Below, piece by piece: positions 19,613-28,210 of a stretch of DNA of 64,000 bases. Source of the DNA: Deltaproteobacteria bacterium (lineage in GTDB: Bacteria > Myxococcota_A > Polyangia > JAAYKL01); assembly GCA_029565915.1 (NCBI GenBank), contig JAKQNG010000046.1, positions 73 through 64,072 of the forward strand, read 5' to 3'. Each line of letters opens with the position of its first letter. The first letter of the stretch is position 1. A program made the translations under genes and the position numbers. Under the pieces are notes generated by a model. That model was not told the origin of the DNA. It worked only from the letters and a program-made list of their open reading frames with translations, and searched no databases.

Positions 19613-20074
19613 ATGAAACAAGCTGTTCTGTTTATAGCAATGGTCGTGCTGCTATCCCAGATTCCATCCTGCGAAGTCGACGAGCCGGAATTCGAGTGGG
19701 TCCGCAAATATCCGGACAGGGGCACCCGCTATGTACCGCCGGGTGATTCCGGCGACGACTGGTTCGGGGACGCGGACAGCGACATGGACGGGGATGCCGA
19801 CACCGACTGGTGGTCCGACACGGACGGCGACATGGATACAGAATGGTGGACGGACGCGGACAGCGACATGGATGTGGATGCCGATGTGGACGGGGATGCC
19901 GATGTGGACGGGGACACGGACTGGTTCGTCGACACCGACTGGGTAATCGATACGGAATGGCCCGATACGGACGGGGCAATTGACACCGACTGGCCCGATA
20001 CGGAATGGGAAGTGGACACGGCCCCCATGGACACCGGATTCGATTTCGATACGGCCGACTACATCGACAAGTAA
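19613..20074 (+). CDS. Small highly acidic lipoprotein with periodic D-T-D/E-W repeats
   Basis: ATG at 19613 preceded by a GGAGG RBS. MKQAVLFIAMVVLLSQIPSCE signal plus lipobox. Body rich in DTDWW, DTEWW, DTDWF, DTDWV, DTEWP and DTDWP motifs. Confidence 0.5.
   Translation: MKQAVLFIAMVVLLSQIPSCEVDEPEFEWVRKYPDRGTRYVPPGDSGDDWFGDADSDMDGDADTDWWSDTDGDMDTEWWTDADSDMDVDADVDGDADVDGDTDWFVDTDWVIDTEWPDTDGAIDTDWPDTEWEVDTAPMDTGFDFDTADYIDK
19780..19960 (+). repeat. Coding Asp/Thr/Trp repeat (gacaccgactgg / gacacggacggcgacatggat periodicity)
   Basis: Visible repeated gacaccgactgg and ga(c/t)g(c/t)ggac units. Confidence 0.6.
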
Positions 20075-20113
20075 CGGGCGGGATGCGCTGCATCTCTCCA
20101 AGGAGAAATCGCG

Positions 20114-21055
20114 ATGAAAAAGAAACTGTCGTTCATTCTCGCTGCACTGGTGCTGCTCCCGGCGCTGAACGCCGGCGCCCAGACACTGGTGAACTCACCG
20201 CTCATGGGAGAGGCCCGGGATGCGAAAATCTTTGAACGCCTCGGCATCTTCGCGTCCCTGAATTTCGGCTTCACTCCATATACAATGACTTTTGATAATA
20301 AAATCATTGAAGAAGCCCTGGCCGGCGGCCAGTCCTCCGGCTATTCCTCAGATGCCACCTACGTCGAGCGCAAGCAGCGAATGTACACCCTGGGCGCCAT
20401 TTTCGGCGTGTCCATGGAGCTGGTGAAGAAACTCGAAGTCACCGCGGGCATCGGCGCCTACTACATCAACCTGGAAGACACGGACAACGCCTACGCGGAC
20501 TACACCTTCGATCTGATTCCCAGCCCGGGCTTCGCCTCCTTTGTAGGCATTTCCTGGGAACCGGCCCTGTCCGATCACATCTCCTTCGTACTCGGGCTGC
20601 AGGTCTCCTACCTGTCCACCTTCGGTCTGTCGGGATTCGAATACGACGAACACATCACCTATTCGAACCGTGACCAGTCTCTGATCGTGACACAGGATAC
20701 GACGGACATGAAAATGCACCTCTTTTACATCCAGCCCCACCTGGGCTTCGAATGGCGGCCCGTCAGCTCCTTTGTGGCCAACAGCTTCGGCCTCTATTAT
20801 GCCGCCACCCTCTCCGCTGCATCCATGAGGGTGGTAACAAGGCAATTCACATCGGACTACACCGATCTGACCGGATTTGTGACTGACAACGGCAACCGTT
20901 CCAGCCGGACCGTCGATCTGTGGGTGAAGCCCATCCAGCCCCTCGGCGCCTACTACGGCTGGTATTTCATCATTCCCCACAGCGGCACCCTGGGACTGGA
21001 GTTCCAGCTGGGCAACCGCTGGAATGTGGCCTTCAGCTATCAGTACGAGTTTTAA
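20114..21055 (+). CDS. Outer-membrane beta-barrel protein (porin/OmpA-like barrel fold)
   Basis: AAGGAG RBS, signal peptide MKKKLSFILAALVLLPALNAGA, alternating hydrophobic beta-strand pattern, C-terminal ...FSYQYEF aromatic terminus. Lower GC than neighbours. Confidence 0.55.
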   Translation: MKKKLSFILAALVLLPALNAGAQTLVNSPLMGEARDAKIFERLGIFASLNFGFTPYTMTFDNKIIEEALAGGQSSGYSSDATYVERKQRMYTLGAIFGVSMELVKKLEVTAGIGAYYINLEDTDNAYADYTFDLIPSPGFASFVGISWEPALSDHISFVLGLQVSYLSTFGLSGFEYDEHITYSNRDQSLIVTQDTTDMKMHLFYIQPHLGFEWRPVSSFVANSFGLYYAATLSAASMRVVTRQFTSDYTDLTGFVTDNGNRSSRTVDLWVKPIQPLGAYYGWYFIIPHSGTLGLEFQLGNRWNVAFSYQYEF

Positions 21056-21067
21056 CAGGAGGGCACC

Positions 21068-22045
21068 ATGCGCAACAGAATCACAAACATCCTTTTTTTC
21101 GCCATCGCTGTCGCTGCGGCCTCCTGCGCCCATGACGGCGTGATTGTTCAAACCGATCCGGGCACACCGGAAGTAATCCGGGCCTCGGATCAGTCCATTC
21201 TGGGAGACGCCATCGACGCGGCCTTCGCAAAGCTGGATACAAAGGCCCTGGCCGCCCACGTGGCCAAGGTGCAGGCCGACGTGAGCGGGGCCGAGGACAA
21301 GAGCGGGACAGAGGATCTCGCAGCAAAGTTCAGCGAAACCCTGCAGGCCCGGCTGGAGACCCACCTGGGTCCCGTGGGCAAATCCATCGGTGTGGAGGCG
21401 GCGGAAGCCCTCACCAGCGCCATCCGCAAGTATCGCAAGGAAGACGCGGCGGAGCTGGAAGGGGCGCTCCTCGAGGAGATGGACCGGAAGCTGACCCCCC
21501 TCTTCGAGCGGTTCGGCCAGCAGATCTCCGATGCGCTGAAGGATGAACTGGCGGGTGTGTTCAAGGAGCTGGAGTTGGCGATGATGCCCTCTTCCGGCCA
21601 GAAGGCCGCCCTCGATCCCGCGGAGATGACCGCCTACATCGAAGTGGTTTCGTCCGTTGCGCTGCCGGCCCCCACGCTGGAATACATCCGCCAGAAGGCC
21701 GCCGTGGCTGCGGGAACCGTGGGCATTCAGGTGCTGGAGGTCCGGCAGAAGCTGGTAAATCCGTTCCCGGATGCCAATGCGGATCCGGCTGCCGAAGAGA
21801 TCTATCCCGACACCCATGCCCGGCTGGTCATGCTGGTGTCCTGTGCCGGCGTGGACGAAGACCTGACGAAGCTCCGCCAGCGCAGCCATGCGTCCGCAGA
21901 GCCCGATCTGGTGTTCCAGGGGAAATTCAAGGGAACCTTCTCGCTGGTGCCCCGCATGATGCGCTTTGCGGGCTTTGCCCAGGAACTGGAAGGTACCTCG
22001 GCCTACCCGGTCACCCGCGGGAAATACGTGGTTATGGAAGAATAA
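21068..22045 (+). CDS. Hypothetical lipoprotein (alpha-helical)
   Basis: AGGAGG RBS, signal plus lipobox AVAAASCAHD. No recognisable catalytic motif. The antisense 576-aa ORF was judged spurious. Confidence 0.55.
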   Translation: MRNRITNILFFAIAVAAASCAHDGVIVQTDPGTPEVIRASDQSILGDAIDAAFAKLDTKALAAHVAKVQADVSGAEDKSGTEDLAAKFSETLQARLETHLGPVGKSIGVEAAEALTSAIRKYRKEDAAELEGALLEEMDRKLTPLFERFGQQISDALKDELAGVFKELELAMMPSSGQKAALDPAEMTAYIEVVSSVALPAPTLEYIRQKAAVAAGTVGIQVLEVRQKLVNPFPDANADPAAEEIYPDTHARLVMLVSCAGVDEDLTKLRQRSHASAEPDLVFQGKFKGTFSLVPRMMRFAGFAQELEGTSAYPVTRGKYVVMEE

Positions 22046-23394
22046 TGTCTCCGCAACCGTCCGCCCACCGCGTTCCACCGTTTCACCTCCCGCTGTGGCC
22101 CCTGCTGACCGCGCTCATTGCCGCCTGCGGACCGGGGGATCCCCCGGACGAAGAGTTTTCCGACGAGGCGCTGGTGGTGGCCACCATCGACCAGTTCCTG
22201 ATCCGGGCATCGGGCAACACACCCTCATCCGCCTTCGAAATGGTGAGCGACGGATACCTGCACCAGGGACGGGATCGGGAGTCCTTCCGCCTCTGGCTGG
22301 ACAACCTGGCTGAAGGGGCCGACGCGTTCTACCTGTACGGACTGGCGCTGACCGTGGACAGCGACGCCGGCACCGCGCAGGTGGAGTACCGCCTGGAAGT
22401 GGAGCACTGCGAAGCCGATACGGACAGCGCGGCCTCCTCCGACGACACCGCGTCAGAGCCGATCTGCCGCACGGTTTTCGCCTGTCACTCGTCGGATCGG
22501 GGACGTTGTGACTGGCTCACCCACCTGCAGAAAGAAGGCGACGTGTGGCGCATCCGCGGCGACGACAGGCCCTTCGGCTTCCAGCTGCACCTGGCAACGG
22601 ACGAGACAGGAACCCGGGTGACAGGAACACTGCAGGATCCGGGACGCATGGTGACATCTCTCGACCTCGCGTTTACCGAAACCGGTGCCCCCGTGGTCAT
22701 GGAACAGCAGTCGTCATCCGTGTGGGCCGTGACGCAGGGCGAAGTTCCCGCTGCCATCGCTGCCGGCGCGCCCCTGCCCTGGGCAGTGGATGCAGACATC
22801 GAGACAGCCGATGGTCCATCGCGGGAAACCGTCCGTTTTCTCTCGGTCATGGACGCCTTTGCCACCCACCTCATGCCCTCGGGCGAAGTTCTTCCCCCGA
22901 TCACCTTCTTCTGGACCGGCGCAGATGCCATCACGGCCGGCGTTGAAATCAACGTTTACGACGATGCCGCCAACCGGATGTGGACGTCGTCGCGCACCTT
23001 CTCCTCGTCCCTCAGCTACGGCGGGCCCGCGCTGGTGCCGGGAACAACATACAGCTACGAAATCCACGCCTTTGACCTGTACGGCAACCGCTCCATCGCC
23101 CGCGGGGCCTTCACGCCCTACGACGAAGCGGACGTGTCACCCGTGCCGGCCACCATCGTCCCCGCAGTGGGCGCAGCGTCCCTGAACACGGACGTGACCA
23201 TCACTGGCGAAAACTTCCTCGACGGTGCCCGGGTGCTGTTCAACGCCCAGGAATGCGTGAATGTGGTCGTCGTGTCCGGATTCACCATCACCTGCACCAC
23301 ACCGGCCCTGGCCGCGGGCGTCTACAACGTGACAGTGGTGAATCCCTCCGGGCGTTCGGGCATGATTGAGGCGGGCTTCACCGTTACGCCGTAG
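22045..23394 (+). CDS. Lipoprotein with FN3-like and C-terminal IPT/TIG domain
   Basis: Signal plus lipobox LIAACGPG. C-terminal TIG-like block ATIVPAVGAASLNTDVTITGENFLDGARVLFNAQECVNVVVVSGFTITCTTPALAAGVYNVTVVNPSG. Its start overlaps the previous stop by 1 nt. Confidence 0.6.
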   Translation: MSPQPSAHRVPPFHLPLWPLLTALIAACGPGDPPDEEFSDEALVVATIDQFLIRASGNTPSSAFEMVSDGYLHQGRDRESFRLWLDNLAEGADAFYLYGLALTVDSDAGTAQVEYRLEVEHCEADTDSAASSDDTASEPICRTVFACHSSDRGRCDWLTHLQKEGDVWRIRGDDRPFGFQLHLATDETGTRVTGTLQDPGRMVTSLDLAFTETGAPVVMEQQSSSVWAVTQGEVPAAIAAGAPLPWAVDADIETADGPSRETVRFLSVMDAFATHLMPSGEVLPPITFFWTGADAITAGVEINVYDDAANRMWTSSRTFSSSLSYGGPALVPGTTYSYEIHAFDLYGNRSIARGAFTPYDEADVSPVPATIVPAVGAASLNTDVTITGENFLDGARVLFNAQECVNVVVVSGFTITCTTPALAAGVYNVTVVNPSGRSGMIEAGFTVTP

Positions 23395-23429
23395 ACCGCT
23401 TTCGCCGCGAAGGCATCAGGATACGGGTT

Positions 23430-23849
23430 TTGCCGATTGATCAGGGCCGCCGTCGGCGTTACATTCCATTCATGTACAGAAAGATCGCCCTGCTGCTGTC
23501 CCTCACCGTAGGCGGGTTCGCCGCGTGGAAGGTGTATGTGAACCTAAACGAAATCGTATCGCAGTGGCTGATCACCATCGGCATCAGCGCCGGCGTCCTG
23601 GCGGCGGTCACCCTGATCCTGTATCTGCCGCTGCTGTCCCAGATAGCGGACATGGTGGAAGACTATTTTTCCACCCTGCGGGCCCGGGTGACCAGTCGAA
23701 AAACCGGCGTGGATCTGGATGAAATTCCCCGGGTGACCCATCCGCCCCGCCGCACGACGACCACGTCCAACCGGGCCCTGTGCAGCATCTGCGGCGGTCC
23801 CGGCGGCCCCGTGTGTCCCGCATGCCACGACAGGATGAGCAAAAAGTAA
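23430..23849 (+). CDS. Small membrane protein with 2 TM helices and C-terminal CxxC...CxxC zinc ribbon
   Basis: Hydrophobic segments IALLLSLTVGGFAAW and ITIGISAGVLAAVTLILYLPLL. C-terminal CSICGGPGGPVCPACHD. The true start may be the internal Met at ~23472. Confidence 0.45.
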   Translation: MPIDQGRRRRYIPFMYRKIALLLSLTVGGFAAWKVYVNLNEIVSQWLITIGISAGVLAAVTLILYLPLLSQIADMVEDYFSTLRARVTSRKTGVDLDEIPRVTHPPRRTTTTSNRALCSICGGPGGPVCPACHDRMSKK

Positions 23850-26594
23850 TCAGAACGTCTGGGTGATGCCCAGCACCAGGCGGAACGGTGCGCGTCGCTC
23901 CCGGACCATTACGCCGTCACTCCTGCGGACTTCCCGATATCGCGAAAGAGGGTAGATCGGCGCGGCAAAATCCACGGCCAGCAGGTAGGGCGCCACCCCC
24001 AGGGCCAGTAAAAAAATCCGCAGGCCGTAGCCCGCTTCTGCGTACAGGTTGTCTTCGTGGAACAGACCGCCGAAACCACCCGGCGGCGATGTGGTGCCCG
24101 CGCCGGCGAACAGCACGCCCTGCAGCCGATCCAGCGCGGTACCCAGGGGAAACGCCACACCGGTGCTGCCCGCAATGGTGTGCCGCCACTCCGCCACACC
24201 GTAGATGGCCGCCTGACCGTAGGTTTCGTCGAGGTCAAAGCCCCGCAGGGCCGTACGCGCCGACAGGGTGGCCAGACTCGATGCGGGAGGCGTACCGATG
24301 CGCCCTTCGGCACCGCCATACAGAGCCAGGCGATGACCCGGCGCCGGCGCGGCGGTCCGTCCACCCCGGACCGAGAGGGCCCCGTAGCGGGCGGAACGGC
24401 CGTCTTCGCCCACCCCGGCGGCATAGCCCAGTCCGACAGAAAACGCGCCGCCGTCTCCCGGATCGAGCATCACCGCGCGGTTGTTCATCCCCGCGAGGAC
24501 CGACAGGGAGGCCATGGTGGCGGCAAACCGGTTGCGCTCGGGAATAGCGGTTTCCGCGGCAGACGCCATGTGGCGGTTGACGGACAGATAGGGCCCCAGA
24601 TACCAGCTGCGATCATTCCCGGTCAGCGCACGGCCCAGATGGCGCAGATATCCAATGGAGCCGCCCGCCCGCCTCGGCGTGACGGCACCCTGCAGCACCA
24701 CCGTGTGGGAGATGTCGTGGCGACGCCGCAGATCCACACTCCAGTGGACAAACGGCTTCTTTGTCACCGTGTCGCCCCAGATGACGAACTCCGACAACAG
24801 GGGTGGTCGCAGGCCCATGGGTCGGCGGTTGTCGTGGAGCGGGCTCTCTCCGGGTGTGAGCCGCGCCGATTCTACCAGGCGTGCATCCGGATCCACCTGA
24901 ACGAAGCGGATGCGCCCTCGTGATACCAGAGTGATCGTAGCCGGGTTTTCCCGTCCGTCCCACACGATATCTTCAACTGTGCCGTCACGGAAGGTGACTC
25001 GGATGGTCACCGGCTCCTCCAGTGGCGCCCCGTCGCGCCGCACCCGGATGGTGTGCGTGCATCGACCGCCCGCGCACCGACTGTCCACGTCCGCGAGCGC
25101 ATACTGCACCACCGGATATCTGCCCCACCAGTCCGCGAGGAACGATTGGCCGTCGATGCCCGGTGTGCGGATGAGCAGGTCGAAAAAGGAATGGTCTTCT
25201 TCGTGCCAGCCCTTCATCAGGCGGCGGGTCTGCGCTTTTCCGATGCGATCTTCGAGGCGGGTAGCGATCCGGCGTCCGCGGGGCAGCTCGTTGTTGAAGC
25301 GCCACAGCTCATCGCGCAGCGCATCGGGTTCCTCCGTCGAGGCGGTGTACGCGTGCTCAAAGGGGATCTGGGGCGCGTAGATGAGGTTGTCCACATAGGG
25401 AATAAAAGAAGCGAACCGCACCAGGTCGCTGACGGACTGCTGCTGCCGGCGCTCGGCCTGCAGCCACAGATCCGCGGTGATGCACCCGGCGGTCTCCGCC
25501 ACGAGTTCCGCATTCCCCGGCGATTCCTTCCGCCTGGCATCGGGCAGGGACAGGGCGGCGCCCACGCTCCTCGCCAGGGTCAGATCGTGAAAGAGCCGGG
25601 CCTTTTCGAGAGGGGCGAGTCTCCATATCTGACGGGACATGATGACGGTGCTGCCCGAGAGCTGCACCAGTCGATCAAAAGCGGGAATTTCCACGAGGAT
25701 CAGCCGCCCGGGCAGATGGCCGCCCTGCGCGAGGTGGGCCCCAAGAACGCCCCCCGCGATGTCCATGGCCCGCCCGATCCGGTCGAGGAAATCCGCTGCC
25801 GCGGGACGGTGATCCCGCATGATGTGGACAATGTCGACGCCTTCTTTCGCGTCCTGCGTCACGGTCATCCGATCCATGAAAATAAGGGGGACATCGCTGT
25901 CCACCGCATGAAAAGTGGCGATGCTGCCGCCCTGACCCGGAAGTGCGAATCCGTCAGCGGACACGAGGCCCAGCCCCGCGGGAACGCGCACCCGCAACGT
26001 GGTGTCGAGGGACGGTGGAACCCGGGACAACCCGTCCGGCTGCCTGTCCACGGGAATCGGATAAAACCCGCCGCACAGGGAGATGACCCCTCCGTGGCGC
26101 CCGAATCGACCGCGACGCAGGGGAATGGTGACGCGAAAGCGGGTGTCGATGCGCACGGACTGCCCTGCCGCCAGAGGTGCAGGAAGCCGGATATCCGCCA
26201 GGAGATCGCTGGTGAGGGCCGCCTGTCCGGGTTCGCGGAATGAGCGCAGCGAAACCCCTTCGTCCGACAGGGGAACGCCGTCCACCTCTACCGCGTGAAG
26301 CGTCATGCGCCCTTCGCTTTTTCCCCGGGGATAGAGCCACTCCACCTCGTGTTCCCGGGGCCGTTTCCAACCCTTCGCAAAGCGGTTGGGATACAGCCAG
26401 AAGGACACGTGTTCGAGGGGTGCGCCGGTGTCGTTGACAATGGTGAAGGCGGCCCGTCCTTCCAGGGCCCGGCCCTTATCGACGAGGGACACATCCAGTG
26501 TCACGGCGTCCATCGCCTGCAGGGCGCAGGGCATCAGCAGGAACAGCGCAACAGCGCAGAATTTCGCGACATTCAGGCGTCCGCAGACGGGCAT
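23850..26594 (-). CDS. Large outer-membrane protein: ~700-aa N-terminal domain fused to a C-terminal Omp85/BamA-TamA-type (bacterial surface antigen) beta-barrel-like region
   Basis: Start at internal Met MPVCGRLNVAKFCAVALFLLMPCALQA (signal peptide). C-terminal ~250 aa is Gly/Ala/Tyr-rich with ...LRGF..., ...GYGLR... and terminal ...RLVLGITQTF, typical of Omp85 barrels. No HExxH. No POTRA recognised. Confidence 0.5.
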   Translation of the reverse strand: MPVCGRLNVAKFCAVALFLLMPCALQAMDAVTLDVSLVDKGRALEGRAAFTIVNDTGAPLEHVSFWLYPNRFAKGWKRPREHEVEWLYPRGKSEGRMTLHAVEVDGVPLSDEGVSLRSFREPGQAALTSDLLADIRLPAPLAAGQSVRIDTRFRVTIPLRRGRFGRHGGVISLCGGFYPIPVDRQPDGLSRVPPSLDTTLRVRVPAGLGLVSADGFALPGQGGSIATFHAVDSDVPLIFMDRMTVTQDAKEGVDIVHIMRDHRPAAADFLDRIGRAMDIAGGVLGAHLAQGGHLPGRLILVEIPAFDRLVQLSGSTVIMSRQIWRLAPLEKARLFHDLTLARSVGAALSLPDARRKESPGNAELVAETAGCITADLWLQAERRQQQSVSDLVRFASFIPYVDNLIYAPQIPFEHAYTASTEEPDALRDELWRFNNELPRGRRIATRLEDRIGKAQTRRLMKGWHEEDHSFFDLLIRTPGIDGQSFLADWWGRYPVVQYALADVDSRCAGGRCTHTIRVRRDGAPLEEPVTIRVTFRDGTVEDIVWDGRENPATITLVSRGRIRFVQVDPDARLVESARLTPGESPLHDNRRPMGLRPPLLSEFVIWGDTVTKKPFVHWSVDLRRRHDISHTVVLQGAVTPRRAGGSIGYLRHLGRALTGNDRSWYLGPYLSVNRHMASAAETAIPERNRFAATMASLSVLAGMNNRAVMLDPGDGGAFSVGLGYAAGVGEDGRSARYGALSVRGGRTAAPAPGHRLALYGGAEGRIGTPPASSLATLSARTALRGFDLDETYGQAAIYGVAEWRHTIAGSTGVAFPLGTALDRLQGVLFAGAGTTSPPGGFGGLFHEDNLYAEAGYGLRIFLLALGVAPYLLAVDFAAPIYPLSRYREVRRSDGVMVRERRAPFRLVLGITQTF

Positions 26595-26657
26595 GGGGCG
26601 ATAGTACGGGGCAGGCTGCCACGGGTCAAATGATTGTGGCCCGGGATTTCGTTGTAA

Positions 26658-28100
26658 TTGTGCGGGTCGCGGATAAGATGCCCACCCATGACACCCGGCG
26701 CTTCCGCGTTCCACTTTCTGCACCAGCTGCCACCCGGCTGCGGCATCCACTTCTGCGGCGTGGGCGGCAGCGCCATGAACGGTATGGCCATCCTCCTGGC
26801 CGGCGAAGGGTTCCGCGTGACCGGAACGGACCCGGGCCTCGCGGTCGACGTGGAGGAACGGCTCGCGGCGGCCGGCGTCTGCACCTCCCGCCTTCAGGAC
26901 GGCAGTTTCATTCCCCCGGATGCATCGCTGGTGGTGGCCACGGCAGCGGTCCCCCGGGAACACCCCGAGCTGCGGGTTGCGGAGAGTCGGGGCATTCCCG
27001 TCGTGAAGTACGCCGGAATGCTCGGCGTGCTGATGAATTCATTCACGGGCGTAGCGGTGGCGGGCACCCACGGAAAGACCACGACCACGGGCCTGCTGGT
27101 CAGCGCCCTGCGGGAAGCAAAAAAAAATCCGGGATTTGTGGTGGGCGGCTATGTGCCCCAGTTCGGGGCCGGCGCGGCGAGGGGCGGAACGGACGTATTC
27201 GTGGCGGAAGCCTGTGAATACGATCGCTCGTTTCTCAACCTGCATCCCTGCATCGCCATTGTCACCAACGTGGAAGCGGACCACCTGGATATCTACGAAA
27301 ACCTGGAGGCCATCATCGACGCCTTCATCGCCTTTTCGGCGGGTATCCGCGAAGGTGGTGCGCTGGTGTACTGCGCGGACGACGCCGGGGCGACCAGGGT
27401 GGCCCGGGCCTTCAAGGGTCGCGCCATTTCCTTCGGGCTCAGCGACGGGGCCGACTACCGGGCCGTGCACCTCTCAACGGACGCATCGGGCAACCGCTTC
27501 GATGTGGCGGTGGGCGGGGCGGTCATCGCTTCGCTGGACCTGCGGATTCCCGGCGTTCACAACGTACGCAACGCCCTGGCCGCCTTTGCGGCGGGGCACC
27601 TGCTCGGATGCGATCCGGAGGCCCTGGCTGCCGGGCTGTCTTGCTTCTGCGGCGTGGCGCGGCGGTTCGACGTTCTGGGCGAAGCGTCCGGCGTAACCGT
27701 GATGGATGACTACGGACACCATCCCACCGAAATCCGGGCCCTGCTGGCCGGCGTGAAGGAGCGCTTTCCGGGACGGCGCGTGGTGGCCGTCTTCCAGCCC
27801 CACCAGATATCCCGCACCCGCCTGCTGTTTCGCGAATTCGCCGCCGCCTTCGACGACGCGGACGAAGTGCTGCTCCCCGACATCTACGCGGCCAGGGATG
27901 TGGCGGACGATATTAAAGTGACCTCCGAACGGCTGGCCGCCGAAATGGCGAAAAGCGGAACTTCCGCACACTACACGGGAAGCCTCGACCACACCGCGGA
28001 CGTGGCCCTGTCCATGCTCCGCGAAGGCGACGTGTTCGTCACCATCGGCGCGGGGAACATCTGCGAAGTCGGCAGAACCGTGTGGAACCGGCTGCGTTGA
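26658..28100 (+). CDS. murC: UDP-N-acetylmuramate--L-alanine ligase MurC
   Basis: HFCGVGGSAMNGMA N-terminal motif, P-loop AGTHGKTTTTGLL, EACEYDRSFL (MurC-type rather than Mpl), DDYGHHPTE. The true start may be the Met at ~26688. Confidence 0.8.
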   Translation: MCGSRIRCPPMTPGASAFHFLHQLPPGCGIHFCGVGGSAMNGMAILLAGEGFRVTGTDPGLAVDVEERLAAAGVCTSRLQDGSFIPPDASLVVATAAVPREHPELRVAESRGIPVVKYAGMLGVLMNSFTGVAVAGTHGKTTTTGLLVSALREAKKNPGFVVGGYVPQFGAGAARGGTDVFVAEACEYDRSFLNLHPCIAIVTNVEADHLDIYENLEAIIDAFIAFSAGIREGGALVYCADDAGATRVARAFKGRAISFGLSDGADYRAVHLSTDASGNRFDVAVGGAVIASLDLRIPGVHNVRNALAAFAAGHLLGCDPEALAAGLSCFCGVARRFDVLGEASGVTVMDDYGHHPTEIRALLAGVKERFPGRRVVAVFQPHQISRTRLLFREFAAAFDDADEVLLPDIYAARDVADDIKVTSERLAAEMAKSGTSAHYTGSLDHTADVALSMLREGDVFVTIGAGNICEVGRTVWNRLR

Positions 28101-28210
28101 CAGTCAGCGTCGTTCGATATCTTCAATGGACAGACCGGTGATGTCGGAAATTTCTGCGGGGGCCATTCCACGTGCCTTCCCCGGGTGGGACGCGGGCGGG
28201 ACGAATCTCC

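Noticed and set aside
26658-28100. Possibility that the Mur ligase is Mpl rather than MurC
   Set aside because: The EACEYDRSFL and HFCGVGGSAMNGMA motifs align with MurC (EADESDASFL; HFVGIGGAGMGG) rather than the Mpl equivalents. Kept as murC with moderate confidence.
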